Shown here piece after piece: positions 26,830-41,489 of a stretch of DNA of 64,000 nt. Each line of letters starts with the position of its first letter. Position 1 is the first letter of the stretch. The translations under genes and the position numbers were made by a program. Origin of the DNA: Octopus vulgaris (Eukaryota); assembly GCA_951406725.2 (NCBI GenBank), contig OX597822.1, positions 79,856,001 through 79,920,000 on the forward strand, written 5' to 3'. Under the pieces are notes generated by a model, which worked only from the letters and a program-made list of their open reading frames with translations, did not search any database and had not been told where the DNA came from.

Positions 26830-29800
26830 ATATACACACACATATAATACCCCTACTTTTTGTACACACATGCACACACATACATACACGCACTCACACA
26901 CACACATTTGCATATATATATACAATACACTTACACACACTTACACACGTACAAACACACACAAATTCACATGCACACCGGCACATACACACACCCAACA
27001 TATACCTCCACGCGCACGCACACATACACATACGTACACACATATAAACACAGACACACACATACATACGCACACCTAAACACGCGCGCACATATATACA
27101 TGCACACAAGTATACATACACGCACATATAAGCACACACACACACCTACATATACCCTCTGTTAAGCAAATTTACTCGCCATACATACAACAAACGCACA
27201 CGGACATACATACTACAACAAAACACACACACACGGGACGTACATACGCACGCACACATTCCCTTTCTTCCTCCTTTTACTACTGACCTGTGACTGCTAC
27301 GTCCACTAGCTTTCGCCCTACGTACACACACTTACACACAGACGCACGCACTAATAGACACACATTTTTTATCTCGCACACCGTTACGACCGCTGCTCGC
27401 CACTAGCCGTCGCCTTACACACACATACACACACACACACGTACATACTCACATACACACCCTCTTCTTCTCACTCATTGTGTTTTTACCTACCTTCTTT
27501 TTCCGCTCTCCTGTCTTTGAAAACCTGTCCCCTCTCGTCTACGACTTCCTGCCTTTCAGTATGTTTACCTCGTGAAGACCAGTCGCGTTTTTTTCCCTCT
27601 GTCCTCCCACCTCGAGGTTCTTTCTTTCTCTTATGTTTCCGACGAAGAGCTCCGCTCGAAACGTCATACCCTCCTTCTTCCCTTTTTTCCTGAGCGCCTA
27701 ATAATAATACTTTAATTGTTCCACCTCTTTGCGTTGTTGTCTTTTCTGTTTTCTTGTTTGGATTAACCTTATACACCTTGTGCGCTCACACGGACACCTT
27801 GTACCTTGGATACCAATTCCCGGATTTTTGCACCTACGGATTACTGTTACCATTCTTCCGGACTTACGGATTACTTGTTACCATTCCCCCGGAGTACTGC
27901 CACTATCGTGATTGGAAATCAAAAATTAATCTGTCCGTTGACTCTCTCAAACTCTTTCCTAACTTTTTTCAAATTGTTTTCAAACTTTCTTCACCTTTTT
28001 CTTCTTTTTGTCTTCTTTTTGTCTTTCCCTTTTTTCTGTATCGCCACCACCCACACCTACACCTTTTTCACCACTTCTCATCATGCCTGACTTGCACTCC
28101 TTCGTCCAACACCTTCAATCCCTTCTTAGCCGCTATCTCGCATTCTTCCCCCCCCCCCAATGTTTAGCACCAGCTAAAAAACTCTCCCACTTACTTTTTA
28201 AAAAAACTCGCCACTCTAGCCATCTCTCCTTCCTCAGCCGTTGCCTCCGCCATCATGTCACACACCGTGGTTTCCTCTTGAAGCTCCACGCTACCCCCTA
28301 TTCCTCCCCTTCATCAAACCCACCCTCGCTCGCACCTCCCGCCTCCTCCTCCGCGCCACCATCCGCTCCACCCGCCCTCTCCTTCACTCCCTTGACCACC
28401 AACTTCCCCAGGCCTACCTCCTTCTCTCCGCCCTCTGCCCTCCACTCTTCACCCAACCTATCCTCCGCTTCATTCTTAATCTCAACCACCAACTCCACAA
28501 TTTCCTCACACACACTAAAAACAAAAAACTCCACCACCTCCTCAACCCCTCACCCCCTTCCCATCCTCCCCCTGCTCCCCAACCCCCTCCGTCGCACCCA
28601 CCCGCTCCACGGACCCCCCACCTTGACCTTCCTACGCCTAACCCATCTTCACCCAACCACCTCTACCCTCCCCTTCACACCCCTACCCTCCCCTTCATAC
28701 CCCCACCCTCCCCTTCACACCCCTACACCCCCTCTCCCTGACCCTAGTCTTCCCACCACTCCGCTTCCTCGCACTGTTGTCACTATACCCCCTAATCTCC
28801 CCCTCTCCGCTGCCGAGCGATCTCTCCTCAGTAAGGGACTCCGCTTCACGCCACTCACGCGCCACTGTGATGAGTTCGAGACTCGGACTGACGTCAACCT
28901 GTTCCAGCGCCGCCTCAAACTTTGCGCATTCTTCAACGCGTCCCCGCAGCGTCACAACAATCAGGATTGCCTTTTGGAGCTGGGGCGCCGTCCATCCAAC
29001 TGGACGCCGCCCCCAGGCCTATTCAGTAGCCTAGATTTGTTTGTGCATGACTGCAACGCGTTGGTCCACCGGTTCAACTTTGAACAAAGACCCCTCCGAG
29101 ACAACCTCACTCGGGCCGAACCGATTGCCGTTCGCCACCTCCGCCGCCGCAATGACATTGTCATCAAACCGGCGGACAAAGGCGGGGCAGTGGTGGTGTG
29201 GCGCGCGGATCTATACAGGGAGGAAGCGCTCAGCCAGCTTCAAAATCCCCTCTTCTATCGCCTCCTCCCCTCCGATCCCACCTCCTCCTACCAACAGCGA
29301 GTGTCCTCCACCATCCGCGACCTCATCTCCTCTTCTGCTCTCCCACCACCGCCACCAACCTCATCGTCCGCACACCCCGCACCTCCACCATCTACTTCCT
29401 TCCCAAGATCCATAAACCCAATAATCCTGGCCGTCCCATAGTCTCTGCCTGTAATTGCCCCACTGAACACATTTCCCTATACCTCGACCGCATCCTGTCC
29501 CACTTAGCCGCAGCCCTCACATCCCACATACACGACACCAACCACGCCCTCCGTCTCTTCAATTCCTTTTCCTTCCCTTCCAGCCCCTCACACCTCCTCT
29601 TCACTTTAGATGTAAAATCCCTGTACACAGTGATTCCCCACAATGACGGTCTCCTAGCCCTCCAGCACTTCCTCGACCGTCGTCCCGACCCCACCCCTAG
29701 CACCCCCACCCTTCTCCGCCTGGCTGAGCTCGTCATCACCCTCAACTGTTTCACGTTCGCCGGGGAAACGTACCAACAGGTGTCCGGGGTCGCGATGGGA

Positions 29801-32073
29801 ACTAGAATGGGCCCCAATTTCGCTAACCTCTTTCTTGGCTACATTGAGGCCCAAGTATTCTCCCAATTCTCCGGGCCGACCCCTGAACTATATAGACGAC
29901 TGCATAGGTGCCACATCCCTTTCCCGTGAACTTCTCTGCCAATTCATCTCTTTCCTTTCCAACTTTCACCCCTCTCTACAATTCACCTCAACCATCTCTA
30001 ACACCTCTGTCAACTTCCTTGACATCTCTCTCCGAATCGACCAGCCCTCCAACTCTCTCACCACCACCGCCTTCTTTAAACCCACGGATTCCCACCTCTA
30101 TCTCAACTTCTCCTCCTCCCACCCCTTCCACACCAAACGAGCCATCCCCTACTCCCAGTTCCTCCGCCTCCGACGTTTGTGCAGCCGCGACCAGGATTTC
30201 GAGACCCAATCTCAATACCTGGCCCGCCTGTTCAGACTCCGAGGTTACCCAGCTATACTCATCTCAAATGCCTTCGCCCGCGCCCATCGCATCGACCGCA
30301 CCACAGCCCTGTCTCCTTCCTCTCACCCACTCCCCAACCGCACCCCTTCCCCCTCCTTTTCCACCCCTCTACTCTACCCCTTCGTCGGAAGATACTACGT
30401 GCCTTCCGTCGCCTCCAGCTCGATCCCACAACCCGCCCCATTTTCCCCAACCCACCCCTGGCCTCCTTCAAACGAGCCCGGAATCTACGTGACCTCCTGG
30501 TCCACAGCACCCTCTCTCCTTCCCCCTCAGCCCCACACGGATCTTTCCCGTGCTCTAGATCCCGCTGCAACACCTGCCCCTTCATCACCAACACCACTGC
30601 TGTCACCGGATCCAACCGGCGAACTGTACGTATTAGACACTCTTTTACGTGCACCTCGTCTGGCCTCATATACTGCATTAAATGCAACCTATGCAGGATG
30701 CTGTATGTAGGACAGACGGGACGCCGGTTGTCTGACCGATTCACAGAACATTTGAGGGAAGTTCGCCTACAATCTTTTTCTCCCGTCGCACGCAACTTCC
30801 GCTCGGCCAGCCATTCCCTAGATGACATCTCAGTGTTTGGTCTCGCCCCACAGAATGGTCGTCCACTATCTAGGCTCCACTTGGAGCAACGCTACATCTT
30901 CACCCTACAAATCACTACCCCACACGGACTTAACACAGCCCCCTCCTCTTAGGTTTTTTTTCTTCCGAAAAAACACCCCCCACATACCTACCTACCTCCC
31001 ACACACCTACCTCCCACACACCTACCTCCAACTCACCACACACATACAACCTATTCACTCACTTGTACGCACACATACTTCCACACCTTACATACCAACG
31101 CGCAAACACACACGCCCGTTCACACACACACACACACATACGCATACACATCTACGTTCATACATTCACACATTTAATCACACATACTTATATACATACA
31201 TACACTAACAAACAAACATGCACATACATACACACATACATACATACACACATACACACACACATACACACTTACACACACACATACACACATAATACAT
31301 ACATACATACATACACACATACATACGCACATACATACACACATACACACACACATACATTGTACATACATACTTTACACACCTATACTTACATGCACAC
31401 ACACACACATGCACACATACACGTATGCACACACACATACATACATACATACCTACATATGCACACCTTTACACGAATGCACACACACATTCATATTTTT
31501 GCCTCCTGGCGCACCCCCTCCTTTCTGGTTTATGGTTGATGGATCTTCGGTTCTCGTGGTGTGGGCGTTCGGGGGTCCGCGCGCGCGCGTGCCTTGGCAC
31601 GGGCCTGGGGTGTGGTCGGCCCTATATGCGTGCGTTGTATTGTTTGTGTGTTGTGTGTGTGAGCGTGCTTCATGCGTGTGAGCGTGCTTCGTGTGTGTGC
31701 GTGCGTATGTATACATACATACACACACACATGCATGCATCCCTGTGCGCACACCTACATACCCACATGCATACACGCACACACAGTTACACACATACAC
31801 ACACACATACACACACACATACCCTTACACACACACATACACACACATACATACATACACACACATACATACTTAAGACATACATACACACAGACATACA
31901 CCCATACACTCATACTCTCTCACACACACACACATATACACGCACACGCACACATACATACACACACACACACCTACACTCCCACATACATACATACGCA
32001 CCTACACGCACATGCATACATACACGCACACACGCATACATACATACATTATACTGTTTTCTTGTTTGGATTA

Positions 32074-32080
<7 letters not shown>
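26830..32080 (+). mobile_element. Near full-length Penelope-like element (RT + GIY-YIG), frameshifted
   Basis: Reading frame from about 28083 (MPDLHS) to 30952: LSKGLRF, IKPADKGGAVVVW, PKIHKPNNPGRPIVS, LDVKSLYT, GVAMGTRMGP, YIDDC, NFLD, IYCIKC..C..LYVGQTGR. The end ctgttttcttgtttggattaaccttata occurs at both 27747 and 32054. Confidence 0.95.
27635..27669 (+). ncRNA. Minimal type I hammerhead in the 5' pseudo-LTR of the Penelope element
   Basis: gttt-CCGACGA-A-GAGC tcc GCTC-GAAA-CG-TC-atac. U4C substitution and one stem I mismatch. Confidence 0.6.
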
Positions 32081-32118
<38 letters not shown>

Positions 32119-32121
32119 ATA

Positions 32122-33354
32122 CAGGGGTTGGACAAAATAATCAATACACCTTTAAATTTCAAGCATATTTATTTTAATAATGGGCAGGACCACCTTTGCC
32201 AGTAATTACAGCTTGAATTCTAGAAGGTATGGACTCGTACAAACTTTGAATTGTTTCCAAAGGAATTTTTGTCCATTCTTCGGGTTAAACAGTCTCTAGC
32301 TCTTGTAATGGTGATGGTGGAGGACATAGACTCCTTACATGTTTTTCTAAAATACACTATAAATGTTCAATAATATTGAAATCTGGGGACTGTGGTGACC
32401 AGAAAAGATGTTCAACTTCACTAGAATGTAACAACATTAGCTGTGTGAATTGGTCCATTTTAATCCTGAAAGACTGCGTTCCCCTCCTTCCGCAACCATA
32501 GGATGAATTTGATCAGATAAAATGCTTAGTCTTGACTATTAATTCTGCCACGAAGGGGAACCATTGGATCGGCGGATTTCCAAGATATAGCCCCTCCAGA
32601 TCATCACGGATCCTCGTCCATGTTTAACAGTTGGAAGAAGGCAGTCTGGGCCAAATGCTTTTTTTGGCTGTCTTCACACGTATACTTGACCGATGGTTAG
32701 AAATAAGATAAAGGATGACTGTCCGAGAAAATAGCATTCTTCCACTGCTCTAGGGACCAATCGGTAGGTTTTTACACCACTCTAAACGCATTGCAACGTT
32801 TGTTTTTGAAAGTTGTGGTTTTCTGATTGCAGCCCTCCTGTGACGTCCGGTTCTGTACAGCTCCTGGCGAACAGTTTATGTGGAAACTGGGTTCTCGAGC
32901 TCGTCATTAAGCTCTATAGTAATTTGAGAGCTGTTCTTTTCTGATCCTTTCTAACAATTCACGTAAGAGTCCGATGGTTCCTATCTCAAAGCTTTGGTTT
33001 TCTTCCGGAGTTTTGTTTCAACGAGGAGGTTTCTTCTTCTTTCTCAAAGGCTGTCATTACTTTCAAGACAGTATTCTTGATACACCAAACATTTCGGCTG
33101 TTTCTGTTACGTTAGAGCCTGTCATACGAGCACCAATAATTTGACCTCATTGAAAGTTCGATAGATCTGATATTTTAATGAATTTTAACGTAATTACCTT
33201 TTTCTGATGATACCTGAAAAGAAACAGCAATTTTAGCAAAACATAATAAATAAAGGAAAACATAAAAATAAACAAGGTTTTGACGATTTTATAGACATTT
33301 CAAAATTATGATGCTATGATGCTAGGTGTTTCCATTATTTTTTCCATTATTTTG
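32122..33354 (-). mobile_element. Tc1-like DNA transposon, decayed
   Basis: ta|caggggttggacaaaataatcaatacacct and aggtgtttccattatt...tg|ta imperfect TIRs. Minus-strand WSPQSPDFNIIEHL motif near 32360-32402. Confidence 0.8.
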
Positions 33355-33359
33355 TATAT

Positions 33360-34153
33360 TTGGATCAGATGGTAACACGTCAGAAATGCGTGAAAAAGAC
33401 GGTGCAAATGGGAGTTGGGGTGTGATGGTGTGGGCGGCATTTAGAAGCTTTGGTGTTGGCCCTCTAGTTAAAGTTGATGGAAAGCTAAATAGTGTAGGTT
33501 ATATGAATCTACTAAAGGATAATGTTGTGTCATATTTGACTCACCAAATGCCTCCGGGGGCTATTTATCAGCAGGACAATAGTCCTGTGCACAAAGCCAA
33601 AAAGGTTATGGAATTTTTTGATCACCATAATATTGACGTAATCGAATGGGCTCCCCAGAGCCCGGACCTGAATCCGATCGAGAACTTGTGGAATTATGTT
33701 TCCAAAAATGTCCATGCTAAAAAAAGCATCTAATCTAAAACAATTATTCGATTATATCAATGAAAAAAACATTCCCATAGAATTTTGCAATCACTTAGCG
33801 AATTCAGTGCCGAGGCGGTTGTTCAGCCGTTATTAAGAATAAAGGCTACGGCACAAAGTACTAATATGTATTTCGTTCTTGTTGCTCATTTTAGCTACTG
33901 TCTTAAGCTTTAAATAAAATTATAATGATACGGTCTTAAACTAATTTTGCCGGTAAATTTGAAACGGTTATATAAATTTAGCATTAGAATTATTCAAGTT
34001 GTATAAGAATAGTTATTGTCTGCATCAACCGAAAGAGAAATAAATTTTGCATAAGGTGTAAAAGTTAAAATTAATTTGTATGGTGTTAATAACAAAATAT
34101 TTTGTAAGAAATAGAACTTTTATCATCGGTCTTACATTTATTTTCGCCAGTGT
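33360..34153 (+). mobile_element. Second Tc1 (DD34E) transposon, 3' half
   Basis: VMVWAAF, YQQDNSPVH, WAPQSPDLNPIENLW. Ends in ...ttcgccagtg|ta. Confidence 0.85.
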
Positions 34154-35299
34154 ATATAAATACGTGTGTGTGTGTGTGCGTGTGTGTGGGGGGAGAGGGA
34201 GACAGAGAAAGAGAGAGGGAGAGAGAAGGAGAGGAAAAGAGAAATAGAGAGAGAGAGAGAGAGGGAGAAAGAGAGAGAGAGAGCGTGTGAGTGTGTCTGT
34301 GTGCAGCCTTTATCCCTTCTTTGTTCAAGCCATAGGATTATGGCCATGCTGATGCAACGCCTTTAAGGGTTTTGTCCGACAAATGGATCCCAAGACTTAT
34401 CGTTTGAAGTTTGGAATTTATACGGTCAGTCTGTTTTGTCGAAACCGGTAAGTTACGAGGGCGTAAAAAACCCAACACCAGTTATAAAGCGGTGGTGGAG
34501 GACATACTTAACACAAATACAAAGACACACACATGCACACATCACATATATATGTATATATATATATAATATACATATGTATGTATATGTGTGTAAATAT
34601 ATATATATATATATATGAGTTTTTGTTTGTGTATGTTTGTGTGTGTGCGTGTGTAGGACGGGCGTCTTTCAAATCCCTCGAAATAAATGCATTTACAAAG
34701 CATTATTCGACGAGGGCTTATGATAGTAGACACTTTTCCAAGGTGCCGCGCATTGGACCTAATTCAAAGACAGTATCTTTGGGAAGCAATTTAGGTACTC
34801 ACATAGCCACTCATATGCCTATATATATATATATATGAATCAAACCAGTTTGATTCAAATTCGTTAGTACTCTTGAGTTTCAAACGCGATGATAGTCGTC
34901 AGTCATTTTGAATTTGAATGACAGAAGTTGAATGATATTACCGTAAGATGGGCTGCGATTGGTCGAGAGAGGTCAGACGGTGTCGTGGTTTGATGTTGGT
35001 ATATGGGTAACAGTTCGTTGGAAAATACTGCATGGCGAACAAGAATCTGACAACGTGGAGGACAGGAAATAGACTAGAAGTCAGTCAGGTTGCTGGGAGG
35101 GGTGGCATGTTTAAGTGTATAGTTGTATATGTGGGTGTGTAGATGCGCTCATATAGTTTTGCGTGCATCTATATATTGATGCGAGTGTGAGCATCTGTAC
35201 ATGTGCACGCACACGCATGTCTGCACACACATATTCACACACACGCATATGCACACACACGCATATGCACACAAGCAAGCACATTTACGTATACTCTTA

Positions 35300-35710
35300 C
35301 TCTTTTACTCTTTTACTTGTTTCAGTCATTTGACTGCGGCCATGCTGGAGCACCGCCTTTAGTCGAGCAAATCGACGCCTGGATTTATTCTTTGTAAGCC
35401 CAGTACTTATTCTATCGGACTCTTTTGCCGAACTGCTATGTGACAGGGACGTAAACACACCAGCATCGGTTGTCAAGCAATGCTAAGGGGACAAACACAG
35501 ATACACAAACATATATACACACATATATATATATATACATATATACGACAGGCTTCTTTCAGTTTCCGTCTACCAAATCCATTCACAAGGCATTGGTCGG
35601 CCCGGGGCTATAGCAGAAGACACTTGCCCAAGATGCCACGCAGTGGGACCGAACGCGGAACCATGTGATTGGTAAGCAAGCTACTTGCCACACAGCCACT
35701 CCTGCGCCTA
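35300..35710 (-). mobile_element. tRNA-derived SINE (OK-like)
   Basis: Same family as 23059-23460. Confidence 0.85.
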
Positions 35711-36247
35711 TTACCACACAGCCACTCCTGCGCCTATACACAGACGTATTCATTCATATGTGCATATGTATATTCGCATGTATGTCAACGTGCAAATCAG
35801 TGTGCGCGCACACATGTATACGCGTGCACATGTACATGCGTACGTGTGCAAGTATACACGCACAAAAAAAGCGTTGGGAGTTGATAAGTGTCGGGGGCTG
35901 GTATCCGTTGTGTCTGTGCGTATGTGTGTATGTGTGTGTGTAGGCGCAGGTGTGACTGTGTGGTAAGGAGTTTGCTTTCCAACACCATGGTTCCAGGATC
36001 AATTCCACTGTTTGGTCTCTTTACTTCCTCATGCTCTAATAACGCTGTGGTTCGGCAAAAGAGAAAGATAGAACAAGTACCAGGTTTAAAAAAATACTGG
36101 TGTCGATGCATTCAACTGAAACTTATCCGAGGCGGTGCCCCAGCATAGCTACAGTTTAATATATATGTCATTTTTTGTTCCCAACTTTGACCCTCCATAA
36201 ATCCTTAATTTTATTTTAGAATTTATGGGAGCAACTGTCTTTGAAGA

Positions 36248-36311
36248 TTCATATTGTCGTTGAATGCTCGAAATGAGGAGTAGATAGCCGACAACTGATG
36301 ATGAGTCATTC
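36248..36311 (+). ncRNA. Non-circularly permuted (S-G-C) hammerhead-like motif, second family
   Basis: TTCAT-A(36253)-TTGTCG-tt-GAATGCTC-GAAATGAG...CGACAA-CTGATGA-T-GAGTCATTC. Stem I TTGTCG/CGACAA, stem III ATGAG/TTCAT, stem II GAG(T)CATTC/GAATGCTC. Confidence 0.7.
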
Positions 36312-36344
36312 TCTGTTAACTTGTCCTGTGTTCCATGTTTTTCT

Positions 36345-36415
<71 letters not shown>

Positions 36416-36582
36416 GTGCATATTTGAAGGGCAAAACCACTAGGTGTTCGGCCGTATGCTAGAAGTAAATCACCTACGATCAAACTACAAAGAAAGGAAT
36501 GTTCTCTAGAGGAAAATTCAGCGGGCACCAGAACGAAATGCGGGCAAGACAGATGAAAATTATATAAAAAAACACAATTACT

Positions 36583-36655
36583 CACAGACCGGCGGTTTCG
36601 CCTATTAACGAATGAATCACTTATGTAATCCATTGTCCGTAGGCTCGTCAGTGTG
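36583..36655 (-). ncRNA. Canonical-core type I hammerhead ribozyme
   Basis: CACA-CTGACGA-GCCTA...TAGGC-GAAA-CCG c CGG-TC-TGTG. All core nucleotides intact, GUC cleavage triplet. Confidence 0.85.
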
Positions 36656-36689
36656 GTCGTTCCATAGGTAATGCAATTATATATATATT

Positions 36690-36985
36690 GTGGTGTCACA
36701 TGGTCTAATGTTTAGAGCAGCGGTCGAGGGATCGCAGGTTCGAATCTCAGACCAGGTGATGCGTGTGTTTATAAGCGATACATCTAAGGTCCGTACGGCT
36801 CTGCCAGAAGGTAATGGCGAACGTCTACTGACTCTTTCGCCACAACTTTTTCTCTCTCATCCTGTATCTAGCAGCTCACCTGCGACAGACCAGTGTCCCG
36901 TCCAGGTGGGGAACCTATACGCCAATGAAACCAGGGAACCAGCCCTTATGATCCGGGCGTGGCTTGCGAAGGAACAAATAAACAG
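36690..36985 (+). mobile_element. tRNA-derived SINE, degenerate
   Basis: tggtctaatg A-box-like sequence and ggttcgaatct B box. Confidence 0.6.
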
Positions 36986-37007
36986 AATACACACATATAT
37001 ACACGCA

Positions 37008-37099
<92 letters not shown>

Positions 37100-37103
37100 A
37101 AGG

Positions 37104-37154
37104 AGCTTCTACAGGACTAGAACTGTTTCATTCAAATGAAATCATCAGGCAGCT
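37104..37154 (-). ncRNA. Type I hammerhead, slightly decayed
   Basis: AGCTGC-CTGATGA-t TTC attt GAA t-GAA-ACAG ttctagtc CTGT-A-GAAGCT. One mismatch each in stems I and II. Confidence 0.55.
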
Positions 37155-37535
37155 TGCTGTCAAAATAAGATCTGGCATTTATACATTTAGGCAGATTTAA
37201 TGGGGTGGTGGTGGGGGACATTTTTTGGGTAAGCAGGGCACAAACTGTCTCTCTTAGGGGAGTGGTCAAAATAATCAGTGATAAAGTAAATAAATGAATA
37301 AATAGAATAATTGAATAGAGTTTTAGGTAAATTAGAAGACTATCACTTTTAGTCAGTTTGTTGTTGTTGTTATTAAGTGGAGGGAAGAAGTAGATATGTA
37401 TACATAAAAGAACATATAAAATAAATATACATACAAACCCACATACATACACATGCGAATATCCATACACATACATATACATATGCCCATGTATATACAT
37501 ACAAGCACACACATACATACATATAAATACACTAG

Positions 37536-37575
<40 letters not shown>

Positions 37576-37930
37576 CAGATCCACACACATACATACATAT
37601 ACATATATATACACACACATATATATTTACAAATACACATACACATACATGCAAACACGCAAACACACGCACACCTATATCTACACATATATATATAAAT
37701 ATACACACCCATACACACACACACACATATATATATATTTTTCTTCTCTCCTCATCTTCCTCCCTTATTTTATTTTTATTTTTATTTTCCCTTGACCGTC
37801 TTCCAGATCATAAAACGCAAACACTCACACACACTCACACGCACACTCATACACATACACAAACACACATGTTCTCTCACTCATTACTTCCTCATCCACT
37901 TATACATATGTATACATCTCTCTCTACATG

Positions 37931-37978
<48 letters not shown>

Positions 37979-38514
37979 CACATACATATACACACTCAAG
38001 TACTCATATGCATACATACATAAATGTACCCACTTTCACATAAACGTATACATAACTATGTACACACAAGCACACATATATAAACGTACTCCAGTACACA
38101 TAAACACACATAAATATCTGCCCGCGTATATAAACGCATATGCTCATATAAAAACATATGTGCATATAAACATACATACGCATATATACGCATCCATACG
38201 CTTATAAATACATATATGCACACATGCATGCATACATGTGCACATAAATGCATACATGCATATACATACCTACACACATATATACCTACATGCACATACA
38301 TACACATACGTACACGCACATACATATACATACCTACACACATACACATACAAAAATCTACAAGTCCATATATATATATGTATATATATACATATACATA
38401 TACGTATATACCTACACACACATACACATATATACTTACAGCCATACACCAATATATACATATATACATATCTACATACACATACATATACATATATATA
38501 TATATGCTCATAGT

Positions 38515-40870
38515 ATGTTCATAGGAGCCTTTATTCTCCATAATCTAAAAATAGAATTCCCATTTATAGATGCAGGTTTATATAGGGATGACGGCCTTAT
38601 AGCCACGCATAATCTAAACGGCCATGAATCAGATAGACTTAGGAAGGACCTCATTGCTTTCTTTCAAAGGACGGGCTTACGGGTTACAATAGATGCTAAC
38701 CTGAATAGTGTAGATTTTTTAGACGTAAATTTTAATGCAAGGTCGGATAGATTTAAACCTTTCCGTAAGCCCAATGAAAAGCTATCGTATATTAGCAAAG
38801 ATTCGAACCATCCACCAGTTATCCTTAGGAACTTAGTCAGCAATGTAGGTAGAAGAATATCTTCAATTTCTTCGGACGAGGCAGCATTCCATAATGCTGC
38901 ACCTTATTACGATAGCGCATTAAAGAATAGTGGATTCTCTGAGAAGATCCGGTACAACCAGCTTAATGCTGGTAATAATGCTGCACGAAGAACTAGGACC
39001 AGGAAAGTTTTGTGGTTCAACTCGGCTTTCAATTTGGCCGTAAAGACTAATATAGGTAAGGAATTTTTTAGATTAGTCTCTAAGCATTTTAAGCAGGGTC
39101 ATAAATTCTATAGGATATTTAATAGAAGAACCCTGAAGGTTAGCTATACTTGTTGCAGAAATTTCGCCTCTTACATTAACCAGCATAATAGGAAGCTAAT
39201 TGAGATTAGACATGGTGCCGAGCCCATGAAGAAATGCAATTTCAAAAACGAAAGCTCCTGTCCGTTAGAAGGGAAATGTCTAGTGAAAGGAGTAGTTTAT
39301 AGAGCCAAGGTGCAAGTAGAAGGCTCATCGGAATACAAGACATACACAGGGGCTTCAGAAAATTCATTTAAAACACGATTTTATTCTCATAAAAATTCAT
39401 TTAAATACCCAGAGAATAGGAAGAGGACCAGCCTAGCAAAATATGTCTGGGAACTAAAAGAAAAGGAAACCCCACCTTTCAACGTGACATGGAGCATTCT
39501 GGACAGAGCGGCACTATACAGGCATGGAGCATACAAAAATAATTTTAAGTGCAAACTTTGCCTATTAGAAAAAATGTACATTTTATTCAAAGACAATAAT
39601 TCTTTGAATCAAAGAAGTGAGCTAATGAACTTATGTAGGCACGCGGCTAAATTTAAAATGTCGAATATAAATATACCATATGGATAGAGTATATATTTTG
39701 TATTTTTGATTTTTGAAATTTTGATTTTGACTCTTGAACTAGTACGTAAACGCTACGATGGATTTTGTTTCACGCTATGCAGATTTTAATCCGTATAGCA
39801 AAGTCTTATATTTCCACATATACATTAGGAAAAACCTTCGACTTTGTTTATTTCATGTTATTGTATTGTATAGGATTACCTTGATTATTTATAGATGATC
39901 CAAAATAGGGTGTTATATTTTATTTTATGTCTTTCGTATATATTTTTATTTTTTATTATTGCACTCATTTTTTTAAAAAAAGCAATGTTGTCAAAAATTA
40001 GAATTTTGATATAAGTATGTGTATAGCCATTGATATGTATTTGTAAGCATGCGTATCTGTGTATGTGTAAGTGAGCGTATGTTTGTGCTTAAGCACACAT
40101 ATACACGACTGTATGTGTATGTATCCATTCGAACTTGTGTATTTGTATACTTGTCTCCACATATGTCAATAATGCCGTTACACAGCTTGTATACATAATT
40201 TTTTCTTATTTCGTTTTTTTCCCCACCCCTCCTTTTTCTTTTTTCCTTCCCCCTTCTTCGTTCCTTTTTCTCTCTCTTCCTTTCTTTCGTTTTTTTCTCC
40301 AACTGATACTGATGCAACTTTACGTCCCCCTTACTCAGTATATGAGAATCGCTACATAGATGATTTTAACTTGCGTGCGAGATGGATTGCGTGCATATAT
40401 GTACGCATGCATTTATGTGTATATTTTATATTTATATTTATACGTCTGTACATGTATGGCGTTTGCACGCATCCTTCTGTGTATGTTGATATATATATAT
40501 ATGTACACTTTAATATAAACATGTATTGCAGTGTAATATTTATAATAGGTTTTAATTTCTATGCTTTAATTATACTTTCTTCATTAACGTCAATATGTAT
40601 TTTATTCAATGTAAGGTTTTTTCCTCGAATTTTATAATTTTTATAAGTTTTTATATATATATACATATATTTTTGACCTTCTTGTTTATCGCTCGAAGAT
40701 TGACCGTTTTTTCTAAAGGGCCAATCAAACAAGTCCATTTTTTTTAAAGGTGTAGCGTTTGTAAGAGTCTAGATTGAATTGATATATCGGTTCCATTCTA
40801 GCAAAAACTGTCTGATGAACGGCAACGAGAAACTCAGAGTAACAGATTTTGTTGAATTTTCTGCTGCTTA
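38515..40870 (+). mobile_element. Penelope-like element, 5'-truncated (RT C-half + GIY-YIG, open frame to 39687) with 3' pseudo-LTR
   Basis: GLYRDDGL, VDFLDV, SNHPP, CPLEGKCLVKGVVYRAKV...YTGASENSFKTRFYSH, CKLCLLEK, LNQRSEL..CRH. Confidence 0.92.
40803..40850 (+). ncRNA. Type I hammerhead at the 3' end of the Penelope element
   Basis: aaaa a CTGT-CTGATGA-a CG gcaa CG a-GAA-ACTC a GAGT-A-ACAG a tttt. Confidence 0.75.
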
Positions 40871-40877
40871 AAATAAA

Positions 40878-40924
<47 letters not shown>

Positions 40925-41254
40925 CACATGCACATACAAATACACATACGCATATCTACACACATACACACACACACATATATATATATACATATATAAA
41001 TATATAAAATGTCTACAAGTCCATACATCTACACACATACATATACATATACATATAATACATATATACCTACATATATATATATATATATACATACCTA
41101 CACCCATACACAAGTATACAAGCATATATATAAATACATACAAGCATACATACATATACATATACATATACATACATGCATACACAAATAATAAATACAT
41201 ATACATGCAAATATCTATACTTACACATACACATACGCGTACATATACATATAC

Positions 41255-41307
<53 letters not shown>

Positions 41308-41489
41308 AAAACACACATGCGTACATATACACCTATACATACATACACACACATAGATACACGCACATAAGCACATACATATATATATATCCATATCCAT
41401 ATTCCTATTCATATTCATTACCATACCCGTATTCATATCCATATATATATAAAAACATATACATATATAAATATACATACATATATACT

